Origin: an uncultured Eubacteriales bacterium
GTDB taxonomy: Bacteria; Bacillota; Sulfobacillia; Fermentithermobacillales; Fermentithermobacillaceae
Length of the DNA stretch: 64,000 nt
Assembly (NCBI GenBank): GCA_964602455.1
Contig: CAZRRG010000002.1
Location: forward strand, 1,100-65,099
Reading direction: 5' to 3'
Shown here one piece after another: positions 49,492 to 59,729 of this stretch (within the stretch, counting starts at the first letter, position 1; every line of letters starts with the position of its first letter). The position numbers and the translations under genes are program-made. The notes under the pieces were generated by a model. That model saw only the letters and a list, made by a program, of their open reading frames with translations. It was not told the DNA's origin and did no database searches.

Positions 49492-51579
49492 TTACGAGCC
49501 CTGCTTGGGCCTATCCGGATACTCGATCCTGGTGTGGAACACTCCCGCAAGCACCCGGGTGAAGGTATCGGCCACCGTATCGAGTTCCCGGAGCGTGAGG
49601 TCAGAACGGTCCAGCTGCTGGTCCAGTAGCCTTTCACGGATGATCTTCCTCACGACCGACTCGATCCTGGCCGGAGTTGGCTTGGACAGAGACCGCACCG
49701 CCGCTTCAACGCCGTCCGCCAGCATCACCATGGCAACCTCTTTGGAGCCGGGCCTCGGCCCCTCATACCGGAAATCCCACTCCTCCGGCGTCCGGCTGTC
49801 CTTCGGCTGGTTCTCGGCTGCCTTGTTGTAGAAGTATGAAGCCAGCATGGTCCCGTGATGCTCGGCGATGAACTGCCGGATGACCATCGGCACGTTGTGT
49901 TCGGCGGCAAGCTCCAGACCGTCCTTGACGTGGGCGGTTATCACGCTCGCCGAAAGCGTCGGGGTCATCTTATCGTGGGGATTGTCCATACCTGGAACCT
50001 GGTTCTCGGTGAAGAAGTAGGGCCTCTTAATCTTGCCGATGTCGTGATAGTAAGCTCCTACGCGAGCCAGAAGGCTATCGGCGCCTATCGCCATGGCCGC
50101 CGCCTCGGCGAGATTGCCGACCATAATGCTGTGGTGGTAGGTACCCGGAGCCTCAAGGAGCAACCTGTGCAGAAGCGGGTGCTCCGGGCTGGATAGCTCG
50201 ATAAGGCGGATAGGCGTGATGATGCCGAAAGCCATCTCAAAAAGCGGGAGCGAGCCAATCGCCAGTATCGCGGACAGCGGCCCGTTGATGAGGACCATGA
50301 GAGTGTCCTTCCAAATGAGGATGTCCGAAAGCGGCACGCCGCCTGTGAGTCCGAGGATCAAGTAGGTAGTCCCTTGCACTCCCATGACAATGAACCCGGC
50401 GCGCAGGAGATTGGTCCGGTTCCAGTCCTGCTTAACCGATAGCGCCGCCGCGAGGCTTCCCGCAACGCCCAAGGGGAAGAGTCTTAGGTCAAATCCGGTG
50501 ATCACTCCGGACACCAGCGTTAGGGCGCAACCGACGATGACTCCGAACTTGCGATCGAACAGCGTAGCCGCCAGCATGGCCCCTCCCGCGGCAGGCACCA
50601 GGAGAGGAGAAACGGTGGCGAGACCCCTAGCGGCGATGACGCCCAGCATCACGATCGCGGCCACGAGCCCGATCTTGTTGCCTGACAGGGCTTCGGGCAT
50701 CTCGAGCCTGAGATAGACGACAATGAGCGCGCACACAAGCAGCGACATGAGCGCCGATCCGGCGATCGATGAAAACCTTATCCGGGTGCCGACCATCCCT
50801 AGCTTTGTTAGGATCGCCATTTGATCTTCGGTCACCACGTCGCCCTCGCGGACAATAAACTGACCCCGCCGGATCCTCACCGGCTCGACGGAATCCAAAG
50901 CTTCCTTGAGCCTCCGCTGGCTCTCTTCTTCGTTGTAGGTCATGTTCGGGACCAGATTCTTTGTGACAAAAGAGCCCAGAGTGACAGCCACGTGATTGGG
51001 GATGTCGGGATCGCGGAGGAGATCATCCCGAATCTCGTTCTTTGCCTTGTCGAGGTTCTCGGGCTTGAGACCCAGGGTAAGTGGTTCTGACACAACCTCG
51101 TCAAGCTTGACAAAGGCCTGGTCCAGCACGGTGCCCCCTGCCGCGACCGTGGCGATGATGTCTCCGTCTGAGGCATCGTCGGCCAGGTACGCCCGCAGCG
51201 CCTGGATGACTTCCTGAGTGGAAGAATCGGGATCGGCCGCGGTGTCGGCAATGGCTTTCCGGAAGGCGGCTATCTGCCCCCGGATGTCCACTAAGACCTT
51301 CGGATCATTGTCGTACACCTTGGACACGGTCTCGGCTTTTTCTTGCCGGAGCCTCTCCGTGGCCGCGTCGTCGATGACTTCCGAAGGGGCTTTCACGTTA
51401 ACGGACGACACGTCCCCAACCTCGAGCCTCACGGACTGGGGCACCAGCGACACGAAGAACACACCGAAGATAATCACAAAGGCAGTAATCCCCCAGAACA
51501 GCTGGGGGCTTTCTCTTGTGAGCCTCGAAAGACCCGGAAGAGATCTCCCGTTATCCTTCTCGCCGCCGCGCTTCGCCAC
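49492..51579 (-). CDS. pgpH: 7TM receptor with intracellular HD hydrolase (PgpH/YqfF family)
   Basis: Extracellular domain, 7 TM helices, HD domain (HHSIMVGNLAE...YYHDIGK). Confidence 0.85.
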   Translation of the reverse strand: MAKRGGEKDNGRSLPGLSRLTRESPQLFWGITAFVIIFGVFFVSLVPQSVRLEVGDVSSVNVKAPSEVIDDAATERLRQEKAETVSKVYDNDPKVLVDIRGQIAAFRKAIADTAADPDSSTQEVIQALRAYLADDASDGDIIATVAAGGTVLDQAFVKLDEVVSEPLTLGLKPENLDKAKNEIRDDLLRDPDIPNHVAVTLGSFVTKNLVPNMTYNEEESQRRLKEALDSVEPVRIRRGQFIVREGDVVTEDQMAILTKLGMVGTRIRFSSIAGSALMSLLVCALIVVYLRLEMPEALSGNKIGLVAAIVMLGVIAARGLATVSPLLVPAAGGAMLAATLFDRKFGVIVGCALTLVSGVITGFDLRLFPLGVAGSLAAALSVKQDWNRTNLLRAGFIVMGVQGTTYLILGLTGGVPLSDILIWKDTLMVLINGPLSAILAIGSLPLFEMAFGIITPIRLIELSSPEHPLLHRLLLEAPGTYHHSIMVGNLAEAAAMAIGADSLLARVGAYYHDIGKIKRPYFFTENQVPGMDNPHDKMTPTLSASVITAHVKDGLELAAEHNVPMVIRQFIAEHHGTMLASYFYNKAAENQPKDSRTPEEWDFRYEGPRPGSKEVAMVMLADGVEAAVRSLSKPTPARIESVVRKIIRERLLDQQLDRSDLTLRELDTVADTFTRVLAGVFHTRIEYPDRPKQGS

Positions 51580-52562
51580 TATCTGGCCGTCTCCTCTTTC
51601 TGCCCCGAGTTATCGAACCGGTCGTAGGCCCTGATGATCCGGGTAACAAGTTCGTGTCTCACAACATCCCTGTCCGACATATAGACGAAAGCTATCCCAG
51701 GCGTATCTCGCAGTACCACTCGCACCTGCTCCAGTCCCGAGTAGACTCCTTTTGGGAGGTCTATCTGGGTCACGTCGCCTGTGACCACAAGTTTGGAGTT
51801 GAGGCCCATCCTGGTCAAGAACATCTTCATCTGCTCCGGAGTCGTGTTCTGGGCTTCATCGAGAATGACGAACGCGGACTCCAGAGTTCGCCCCCTCATG
51901 TACGCCAGGGGAGCGACCTCGATGAGACCTCTCTCCATGTACTTCTGGAACGTGTCCAATCCCAGTATATCGAACAGAGCGTCATACAACGGCCGAAGGT
52001 AAGGATTCACCTTCTCCTGGATGTCGCCCGGAAGGAACCCCAGCCGCTCGCCTGCTTCCACTGCCGGTCGGGTCAGGATGATCCTGTCCACTTCCTTCTT
52101 ACGAAAAGAAGCGACCGCCATAGCTACAGCAAGATACGTCTTTCCGGTACCGGCGGGACCGATGCCGAATACAAGGGGGTTCTTCCTTATGGCCTCCATG
52201 TACTCCTTTTGGCCGGCCGTCCTTGGCCCGATCGGCCGCCCCCTATGGTTTACAAGTATGTTGTCTCCCTGCTCCACTAAAGGATGACCTTCCTTTACAG
52301 ACCGGATAACGTAACGGACATCCTGGGTGCTGACCTTCTGTCCCGACCTTGCCCTCGACAAGAGGTGGTCAAGGACAATCTTGGCCGTGGCCAGTTCCTC
52401 ATCATCGCCGTGGATCACGAGGTTCTTGCCACGAGCAGTGATCTTCACGTCGAGGCTATCCTCAAGAAGGGCAAGATTCTCATCATAGGAACCGAAGAGC
52501 CGGAACATATCGCCGTTATCCAGGATCTCAAAGACTACTTGACTGCCTTGTTTTTCGGGCAA
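51579..52562 (-). CDS. phoH: PhoH-family ATPase
   Basis: GPAGTGKTYLAVAMAV. Confidence 0.92.
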   Translation of the reverse strand: MPEKQGSQVVFEILDNGDMFRLFGSYDENLALLEDSLDVKITARGKNLVIHGDDEELATAKIVLDHLLSRARSGQKVSTQDVRYVIRSVKEGHPLVEQGDNILVNHRGRPIGPRTAGQKEYMEAIRKNPLVFGIGPAGTGKTYLAVAMAVASFRKKEVDRIILTRPAVEAGERLGFLPGDIQEKVNPYLRPLYDALFDILGLDTFQKYMERGLIEVAPLAYMRGRTLESAFVILDEAQNTTPEQMKMFLTRMGLNSKLVVTGDVTQIDLPKGVYSGLEQVRVVLRDTPGIAFVYMSDRDVVRHELVTRIIRAYDRFDNSGQKEETAR

Positions 52563-52564
52563 GT

Positions 52565-53740
52565 TTACCTGTCAACCTCCGAATCCCTGCCCTGCCACGG
52601 CCGTATGACCCCGATTTCCTCGATTGCGCTGGCAGTTGCGCGGACCTCTATCATATCCGCGGTCGACCTCTCGACCTTGCAGCTCAAGTCTACCAATTTC
52701 GCAGGAGAAGGCAATTGTCCAAGGATGGCTTCCCTCATCAACTTCTCCGCTGCTGCGAAGGCTTCCTCTGGCGACAGGGTTTTCTGCGTCCATTGTACCT
52801 CATAGAATACCCGATTCACGATCCTGGTTTCCCGGCCCGTCCCTCTGAAGGCGGTGAAGACGGGGTAATCCTCGACCTCGTACCACTCGAAGGAGTTCCC
52901 TCTTCCCCACAGCACGAACTCATTGGCGCCGCGGCGGATGACGGTCGTCTCGATCTTGCGGCCGGTCCGTTGCGCCACGGGCTGCACCAACGGCACTTCC
53001 CTGTACATCTCGTACCAGACCATGGCGGCCACATTGCCCCTGGCTCCGGCAAGAGCGCCTGACGGGTTCCCGGCTATCAGAAGATCTCCTGCCTTGACGG
53101 TCTCTCCTGCCTGGATGACGGGAGATCCCGACAGTACCAGGACCGACTGCACGACGCCGTCCTTCGCCGCCACTACGTCGCCGGGACCCACGGTTTCAGG
53201 CCTCACCCTTTCGACGACCTCAATGACCGCCAAGGTTCCTTGAAACCGGACGTACACCCAAGCTATCTCAGGGTTCTGGTCAAGAATGGCTGCTTCCACG
53301 GCGCTTTCCGAGATACGGCTGCGCCGCGCCCCCGGCACAAGGCCGACCGAGGCAGCCGCCGAGAGCACCTTGGCCGGTTCGACCTTCTCGGAGCCCGTCA
53401 CCTGTATAGACCAGACAGAACCGGAGAGGTACAAGAGCACCAGCACCACGATAGATGCCGCGATCAGGGCCGTGGGACGCCTCCTGATCTTGCCTAGCGT
53501 GAACGGCAGTCCGACGCGGCGGACTATCCGCGGCGCGCACCGGGCGCGCCGTGCCAGCCGGTGGATGTCGCGGTACCTTTGGAGCGTGGTGCAGAAAAAG
53601 ACGGAGGACTCGGCGGTATCGAAGTCCCACATCGGGAAACCGGCGGAAAGGCAGAGGTTGACGAGGCGCTCCGGGTTCTTGCCCCTGACTTCCACCCGGA
53701 CGTATCCCTGAAGGTATTCCTTGATCCTCTTGGGGCCCAC
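52565..53740 (-). CDS. yqfD: Sporulation protein YqfD
   Basis: YqfD-like N-terminus, with synteny yqfC-yqfD-phoH. Confidence 0.8.
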   Translation of the reverse strand: MGPKRIKEYLQGYVRVEVRGKNPERLVNLCLSAGFPMWDFDTAESSVFFCTTLQRYRDIHRLARRARCAPRIVRRVGLPFTLGKIRRRPTALIAASIVVLVLLYLSGSVWSIQVTGSEKVEPAKVLSAAASVGLVPGARRSRISESAVEAAILDQNPEIAWVYVRFQGTLAVIEVVERVRPETVGPGDVVAAKDGVVQSVLVLSGSPVIQAGETVKAGDLLIAGNPSGALAGARGNVAAMVWYEMYREVPLVQPVAQRTGRKIETTVIRRGANEFVLWGRGNSFEWYEVEDYPVFTAFRGTGRETRIVNRVFYEVQWTQKTLSPEEAFAAAEKLMREAILGQLPSPAKLVDLSCKVERSTADMIEVRATASAIEEIGVIRPWQGRDSEVDR

Positions 53741-53742
53741 GC

Positions 53743-54012
53743 CTATGTCTCCATCTGGACAGACCCCAAGCTGCCCCTCACGATCATGTCTTCCTTGCTC
53801 ACTTCCTCGATCTGAAGCGAGCGTCCCAGTATGGCGATCTGCCCCTTTCCGACCCCTATCACGATCTTCTCGGGCGAATACTGGATTAGACCCCTGTGGT
53901 TCTGGATAAGGACGCCCAGGTCACCAACTATCGTAACTTTGGGCAAGTCCAGCGAAACATCCAGGGGCAGCTCAAGGATCTCCGAGAGTTCCTGCCTAAG
54001 TCGTCTCAGCAA
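53743..54012 (-). CDS. yqfC: Sporulation protein YqfC
   Basis: LPKVTIVGD...IIHNHRGL-type YqfC motif. Confidence 0.8.
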   Translation of the reverse strand: MLRRLRQELSEILELPLDVSLDLPKVTIVGDLGVLIQNHRGLIQYSPEKIVIGVGKGQIAILGRSLQIEEVSKEDMIVRGSLGSVQMET

Positions 54013-54065
54013 TGCGTGCCAACTCTCTTCGGGCTTATACCAAATGTCTATGTGGATTCCCCGGC

Positions 54066-54103
54066 GGTAAGAAACGAAACGGGACCTCTTTCGAGGTCCC
54101 GTT
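54066..54103 (-). terminator. Terminator of rpsU
   Basis: ACGGGACCTCgaaaGAGGTCCCGT followed by TTCGTTTCTT on the minus strand. Confidence 0.65.
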
Positions 54104-54126
54104 CATTCCTGTCTTGCAGTGGTATA

Positions 54127-54309
54127 TCAGCGGAAACGATGCTTTCTCTGGCGCGCGGCCTCAGACTTCTTCTTTCGCCTCACGCTCGGGCTCTCATAGT
54201 GCTCATGCTTGCGCACGTCGCGAAGGACTCCGGACCTTTGGCACTCTCTCTTGAAGCGGCGCAGGGCGCTGTCGAAATTCTCATCTTTACCTACTCTTAT
54301 CTCTGGCAA
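54127..54309 (-). CDS. rpsU: 30S ribosomal protein S21
   Basis: (M)[28 protein letters not shown]... TTG start after GGAGGGAGGG. Confidence 0.85.
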   Translation of the reverse strand: MPEIRVGKDENFDSALRRFKRECQRSGVLRDVRKHEHYESPSVRRKKKSEAARQRKHRFR

Positions 54310-54422
54310 GTCGTATCGTCCCTCCCTCCGCCGCAGGTATTTCCCCGCTCCCTCATTAACATTTGGATTGTACACTAGCTGCCTGCACACGGTCAATTAC
54401 CAGTACCCCCGGGATGGGGCCT

Positions 54423-55547
54423 TCACTCCACCCGGCGAACTTCCCTCACTTCGTCTGCTTGCCGCGTTACCGCCAGCTCGACCAACCGTTGGACGAGGGC
54501 CGGGAACGGCAGTCCCGATGCCTCCCACAGCTTGGGGTACATGCTGATGCTGGTGAAGCCTGGTATCGTGTTGAGCTCGTTCACGAGGACGGCGTCCGTC
54601 TCCGGGTCGACGAAGAAGTCCACCCGGGCCATCCCCTTGCATCCGGTAGCCTTATATGCGGCAACAGCCACGTCCTGTACGCGCCGCATCAGCTCCGGGG
54701 AGAGAGGCGCGGGTATCGCGTACTGGGTGGTCTCGTCGATGTACTTGGCCTCGTAGTCGTAGAACTCGCGGCCCGGCAGTATCTGGCCGGCGACCGACGC
54801 CACCGGTTCGTCGTTTCCGAGGACACTGCACTCCACCTCAAGAAGGCCTTCCTGGGAGGGCTCAATGAGCGCCCGCGTGTCATACAGAAACGCGGCGTCC
54901 AGCGCCTTTGCCATCGCGTCCGGGCGCTTCACTTTGGTTACTCCGAGGCTGGAACCCGAACCCGATGGCTTTACGAAGACAGGATACTTGATGAGTCCGG
55001 AAAGGGCGTTCAGGACCTCGGGGCCCTTCGTCCTCCAGGCGAATCTCTCAACCGTGAATCCGGGGACGTGTGGAACGCCGTGGGTCTGAAGCAGCCGCTT
55101 GGTCGTGCTCTTGTCCATGCAGACGGCCGACGCCAACGGAGGCGCGCCGATGTAGGGGATCCCCGACATCTCCAGGAGCCCCTGTACGGTCCCGTCTTCT
55201 CCATAAAGCCCGTGGAGCACGGGAAAAACGGCGTCTACAGGGACTTTGTACAGGCCGCCGGGCCCCTCCACCCAAAGCCCTTTTCTCGATGGGTCGGGGA
55301 GTATTGCGCAAGCCGGACCGAGGTCCGACGTGACAACGGCCGCCCGGTTACCCAGGAACCCGGAGCAGTCGCCCATGAAAACCCAGTGTCCATCCCTGGT
55401 AATGCCTGCTCCCACAACATCCATGCCGGTCTCCAGAGCGGCGCGGTATATCGAGCGCGCCGAGAGCACCGATATCTCGTGCTCTCCAGATCTGCCGCCG
55501 AACAGAAGACACAATCTTGTTTGGTTCACCGATACCACCCGCTTCAC
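54423..55547 (-). CDS. ddl: D-alanine--D-alanine ligase (canonical)
   Basis: (M)KRVVSVNQTRLCLLFGGRSGEHEISV... Full Ddl. GTG start 17 nt after the mtaB stop. Confidence 0.92.
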   Translation of the reverse strand: MKRVVSVNQTRLCLLFGGRSGEHEISVLSARSIYRAALETGMDVVGAGITRDGHWVFMGDCSGFLGNRAAVVTSDLGPACAILPDPSRKGLWVEGPGGLYKVPVDAVFPVLHGLYGEDGTVQGLLEMSGIPYIGAPPLASAVCMDKSTTKRLLQTHGVPHVPGFTVERFAWRTKGPEVLNALSGLIKYPVFVKPSGSGSSLGVTKVKRPDAMAKALDAAFLYDTRALIEPSQEGLLEVECSVLGNDEPVASVAGQILPGREFYDYEAKYIDETTQYAIPAPLSPELMRRVQDVAVAAYKATGCKGMARVDFFVDPETDAVLVNELNTIPGFTSISMYPKLWEASGLPFPALVQRLVELAVTRQADEVREVRRVE

Positions 55548-55561
55548 GGAGATTAGCGCAG

Positions 55562-56872
55562 TTACGAGATGAGTTGCCCCGTGACGAGACCTTCTCGGGC
55601 GCGGTCTACCCTCACGGCCACGATCTTGCCCTTGTGCTCGTCGCCACCGGCAAACTCGCACCGCATGTAGTTGCGGGTCACCCCGGTCAAGAGTCCGCCT
55701 CGAGTCCTGTCGTCCTCAGCCAATACCTCAACAACCCTGCCCTCATGTTTACGGTGGAACGACAGGGAGAGTTCCTTTCCCAGCCTCAAGAGACGCCCTA
55801 CTCTCTCGTCTTTCTCAGCCTCAGGCACTTTGCTCTGCGAGGAAAACGCGCGAGTGCCCGGGCGCGGCGAGAACTTGAAGGCGTGGATGCGGGAAAACGA
55901 AGCATGAGCAGCCACTTTGAGCGTCTCCTCGAAGTCGCCTGCACTCTCGCCGGGGAAGCCGGCGATTATGTCTGTCGTAATGCCTGCGTTGGGCGCGATC
56001 TTCCGGGCTTCCTCCACCACCCGGAGGAATCCGCGCACGTCGTAGCGCCGGCCCATCGCGCGGAGGACCTTGTCGCTCCCGCTCTGAAGCGGAAGGTGAA
56101 GGTGAGCGCAGACCTGTGGGAGGCGCAGGCAGTCCAGAAGGTCGTCATCGACATCGTGAGGCTCCAGCGAGCTTATGCGCAGGCGGATCAGCCCCTCTAC
56201 CCTGCTGACCTGCCTCACCACTTCCGGAAGCGAGGGAAGGGTGTCGGGTTCCTCCTTGCCGTACAGGCCGATATGGGTCCCGGTAAGGACGATCTCCTTG
56301 TAGCCTTTGGCGACCAGCGCCCTGGCTTCATCCATGATCCTTTGCGGCGGCCTCGAGCGGGACGGGCCCCTGGCGAAGGGCACGATGCAGTAAGCGCAAA
56401 AGTCGCCGCATCCTTCCTGGATCTTCAGGAATGCCCTGGTGAGACTTGGAGTCTCCACAGGAGTCTCCTCGAAGGCCGGAGCCCCTCCTCTCGAAGACGC
56501 GTGGGGTGTGACTCCGACTGCGGTCTCCCCCGACTCCAGGGCGGAGAGGGCCAGATCGGCTAAGGCGCCGCGGCCCAACACCCCGCCAACAGCAATAACG
56601 CCGGGGATGTCCGCTACATCCCGGGGGGCCACCTGGGAGTAGCAACCGCTGACAACCACCTTGGCCCCGCTCCTTGCCGCGGCCCTTATGGCCTGCCGGC
56701 ACTTGGCGGCGCCCTTTGCGGTTACCGCGCAGGTGTTTATGACAACAACGTCGCTGGGGCCTTCGTCAACCACCCGAAACCCCTTGCGCTCGAAGCTTTC
56801 CTTTAGGAAATCGGTATCGTACTGGTTCTGCTTGCAGCCGAAGGTACGAAAGGAGACCGTGTACTCGGGCAA
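55562..56872 (-). CDS. mtaB: Radical-SAM methylthiotransferase, MtaB/YqeV-like
   Basis: TFGCKQNQYD (MTTase N-terminus), CGDFCAYC radical-SAM motif, TRAM C-terminus. Synteny with rsmE and dnaJ. Confidence 0.85.
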   Translation of the reverse strand: MPEYTVSFRTFGCKQNQYDTDFLKESFERKGFRVVDEGPSDVVVINTCAVTAKGAAKCRQAIRAAARSGAKVVVSGCYSQVAPRDVADIPGVIAVGGVLGRGALADLALSALESGETAVGVTPHASSRGGAPAFEETPVETPSLTRAFLKIQEGCGDFCAYCIVPFARGPSRSRPPQRIMDEARALVAKGYKEIVLTGTHIGLYGKEEPDTLPSLPEVVRQVSRVEGLIRLRISSLEPHDVDDDLLDCLRLPQVCAHLHLPLQSGSDKVLRAMGRRYDVRGFLRVVEEARKIAPNAGITTDIIAGFPGESAGDFEETLKVAAHASFSRIHAFKFSPRPGTRAFSSQSKVPEAEKDERVGRLLRLGKELSLSFHRKHEGRVVEVLAEDDRTRGGLLTGVTRNYMRCEFAGGDEHKGKIVAVRVDRAREGLVTGQLIS

Positions 56873-57026
56873 ATAGCCAACCCCGCATGAAGTGGATTGA
56901 GATCATCCCTGTGGGGATCATCACGCCAGCATTATACCCATGAGCAAGGATAGTGCGATAGCCAGGTTTCGGCGGTCCTCCGTCGAACGGCGGTATGCCT
57001 AGCATAGGCAGCAACGGCAGATCGGG

Positions 57027-57737
57027 TTAACGGCCGGCGATGCAGGCGGATACGGTGCAGAGGACAAACCCCTTGTCCCTGAGCCCGTCGATGATGCTGG
57101 GCAGCGCCTCTACGGTCGGCTCCGTGGGATGCATGAGCACAAGGGCCCCGTTGACGGCCCCCGCGACGGCCCTCTTCCAGACGGCGTCAGAAGGGGGCAG
57201 CCTCCAGTCCACGGTATCGACGGTCCACATGATGGTCAGGTAGCCGGCTTCCGACGCGTACATCACGGTGTCGCCGGTCCACTCGCCGTAAGGGGGAGCG
57301 AAGAGTTTGGACGGACGGGCGCCTCCGGCGGCAACCGCTATCCTCTCTTCGCCGCTCTGGATCAGCCGGTGGAGGTTCTCCCTGGTCATGCCTTCGACGT
57401 GTGAGTGCACGGCGCCGTGGTTGCCGACTTCATGGCCGTCGGCGACCATGCGGGCCACCAGAGGAGCGTTCTTCTCGGCCCAAGACCCTGTTGGGAAGAA
57501 GGTGGCGCTCACGTTCTTCTCGGCCAGAATGTCCAGGATGGCGGGAAGATACTCTTCGCCCCAATCCACGTTGAACATGAGGGCGACGTTGGGAACGCTG
57601 CTGTTTCCACGATAGATAGGCGCGACTCCCGCCATGACGGAACGTGCCTCGAACATGCCCAGGAAGTCTGCCGCGCAGGCGGCCCAGAGGATTATGAAGA
57701 TGAGGAGACAGGCAAGATAGGCTCGCTTGATCAGCAC
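57027..57737 (-). CDS. Polysaccharide deacetylase (NodB), secreted
   Basis: Signal/TM N-terminus. FNVDWGEE...TFFPTG...GNHG. Confidence 0.8.
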   Translation of the reverse strand: MLIKRAYLACLLIFIILWAACAADFLGMFEARSVMAGVAPIYRGNSSVPNVALMFNVDWGEEYLPAILDILAEKNVSATFFPTGSWAEKNAPLVARMVADGHEVGNHGAVHSHVEGMTRENLHRLIQSGEERIAVAAGGARPSKLFAPPYGEWTGDTVMYASEAGYLTIMWTVDTVDWRLPPSDAVWKRAVAGAVNGALVLMHPTEPTVEALPSIIDGLRDKGFVLCTVSACIAGR

Positions 57738-57807
57738 ATCGCTCCCCCCAACCCCGGCCCGGATATCAAGCTAGCTTCTATGAGGGGGACGCGCGAATAA
57801 TGCCTGT

Positions 57808-58575
57808 TTAGCGATGCCTGGATAGGTAGTGCACCAGGAGTGAGGCGGCAGCGATGGAAGCCGTCTCGGCCTTCATAATGTAGGGGCCCAGGGAGACCGG
57901 CACGAAGCCCGCGGAGAGCGCCCTCTCCACTTCTTCCGCTTCCAGCCCGCCTTCGGGGCCTATAAGAATGTAGGCTTCCCGTGTGCCTGCGTCTTTCGCC
58001 AAAGCCTGCTCCAGCGGAACCGTCATGCCTTCGTGCTCGTACGCCAAAAGGCGCGCGCCTGTCTCGGCGGCCATCCGGTCCATGAGGCCGGCGAAGGAGA
58101 TGACCTCCCGCACCTCTGTCACTGCTATGCGCCCCGACTGCTCCGATGCCGCCTTAGCGACCTTCTGCCACCTAATTCTCCGCTCTGCTGCCTTCTCCTG
58201 ATCTAGCCTGGGAATAGTGCGTCTCGTGACAACGGGAGTGATGGACGCGACCCCGATCTCGGTCGCCTTCTCAACCACCAGGTCGAAGTTCTGACCCTTG
58301 AGGAGCGACGCCAGGAGGTGGACCTTCCACGGGGGAGTGACGGCACGGGTTCTGCCGGTTATCTCGGCAACAATCCTGTCGGGCAAAGACTCGGTAACTT
58401 CAGCGAGGTAGAGCGTGTCGCCCAGGACGGCCCTGAAGGTCTCTCCAACTGAAAGACGCTGGGCTTTGGCATGGCGGAGCACGTCCCGCGCAAGCACGAT
58501 CTGGTTGCCGAGCAGCATGTCAGGCTCAACGAAGTATTGCGGCGGGGTGTGAGAATCTACCGGACGGTCACTCAT
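57808..58575 (-). CDS. rsmE: 16S rRNA (uracil1498-N3)-methyltransferase
   Basis: RsmE fold, LLIGPEGG. Confidence 0.9.
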   Translation of the reverse strand: MSDRPVDSHTPPQYFVEPDMLLGNQIVLARDVLRHAKAQRLSVGETFRAVLGDTLYLAEVTESLPDRIVAEITGRTRAVTPPWKVHLLASLLKGQNFDLVVEKATEIGVASITPVVTRRTIPRLDQEKAAERRIRWQKVAKAASEQSGRIAVTEVREVISFAGLMDRMAAETGARLLAYEHEGMTVPLEQALAKDAGTREAYILIGPEGGLEAEEVERALSAGFVPVSLGPYIMKAETASIAAASLLVHYLSRHR

Positions 58576-59729
58576 TTTCCGGCGGTCCCGTCACCCTTAA
58601 ACCGGTCGAAGAAGGACTTCTGTTCCGCGAACGTCTCGCCGTCCATCTTGCCCAGTTCCTTAAGGGCTTCCTTTTCTTTAGCGGTCAGTTTGGTCGGTAC
58701 GCGGACATTGACCCTTACCAGCATGTCGCCCCTGCCCTTGGAGCGGAGCCTGGGCATACCCTTGCCTCTCATGCGCAGCACAGCGCCCGGTTGAGTTCCT
58801 GCCGGCACATCCAGATCGGCCTTGCCGTCAATGCACGGGACGGACACCGATCCGCCAATGGCCGCGAGGGGGAAGCTGACAACCCTGTCCAATATGAGGT
58901 CGTCGCCCTGGCGCTGGAAGGTGCTATGCTGCTTCACGAAGACAACAACGTAGAGGTCTCCGGGACCGCCTCCGCGCAATCCGGCGTTCCCCTGCCCTGA
59001 CAACCTGAGCCGGAGTCCCGAGTCCGCGCCCGGCGGCACCTTCACAGTGACCGTCCGCGTCTTCCTGACCTGACCGGCGCCTCCGCACTCTCGGCAGAGC
59101 TTCTCGATGTATTTGCCCGTCCCTTCGCACTTTGCGCAGGGAGTTGTCACCAGCATCTGGCCAAAGATGCTGCGCTGGGTGGTGGAAACCTGGCCGGTAC
59201 CGTGGCAGGCAGGACATGTGACGACCTTGGAGCCCGGTTCGGCGCCGCTGCCCCCGCAACGATCGCAGGTCTCGGTGCGTGGAATCCTGACATCCCTGTC
59301 GACGCCTGTGAAGGCCTCCTCCAGGGTAATCTCCATCTCCATCTCAAGGTCCTGGCCACGGCGAGGCCCCGTGTCGGGACGGCGTCTTCCGGCGCCAAAG
59401 AGCTCCTCAAAGCCACCAAATAGGTCTCCAAAGGGGAAGCCTCCCGCCCCTCCGAAGGGACGGCCAAATGGATCGCCTTGGCCTGCACCGCCGCCACCGC
59501 CGGCAAACGGGCCGTTGGCGTTGCCGTACGCGTCGTAGTTGGCCCGCTTGGTCTCGTCAGATAGCACCTCGTAGGCCTCGTTCACCTCTTTGAACTTAGC
59601 CTCGGCGGTAGGATCCCCGGGATTGGCGTCGGGATGGTATTTCTTCGCCAGGGTACGGAACGCTTTCTTTATCTCATCCTGTGACGCGCCTTTGTCGACG
59701 CCCAGTACCTCGTAGTAGTCCTTGCTCAA
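58572..59729 (-). CDS. dnaJ: Chaperone DnaJ
   Basis: J-domain HPD, G/F region, four CxxCxGxG repeats. Confidence 0.95.
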   Translation of the reverse strand: MSKDYYEVLGVDKGASQDEIKKAFRTLAKKYHPDANPGDPTAEAKFKEVNEAYEVLSDETKRANYDAYGNANGPFAGGGGGAGQGDPFGRPFGGAGGFPFGDLFGGFEELFGAGRRRPDTGPRRGQDLEMEMEITLEEAFTGVDRDVRIPRTETCDRCGGSGAEPGSKVVTCPACHGTGQVSTTQRSIFGQMLVTTPCAKCEGTGKYIEKLCRECGGAGQVRKTRTVTVKVPPGADSGLRLRLSGQGNAGLRGGGPGDLYVVVFVKQHSTFQRQGDDLILDRVVSFPLAAIGGSVSVPCIDGKADLDVPAGTQPGAVLRMRGKGMPRLRSKGRGDMLVRVNVRVPTKLTAKEKEALKELGKMDGETFAEQKSFFDRFKGDGTAGK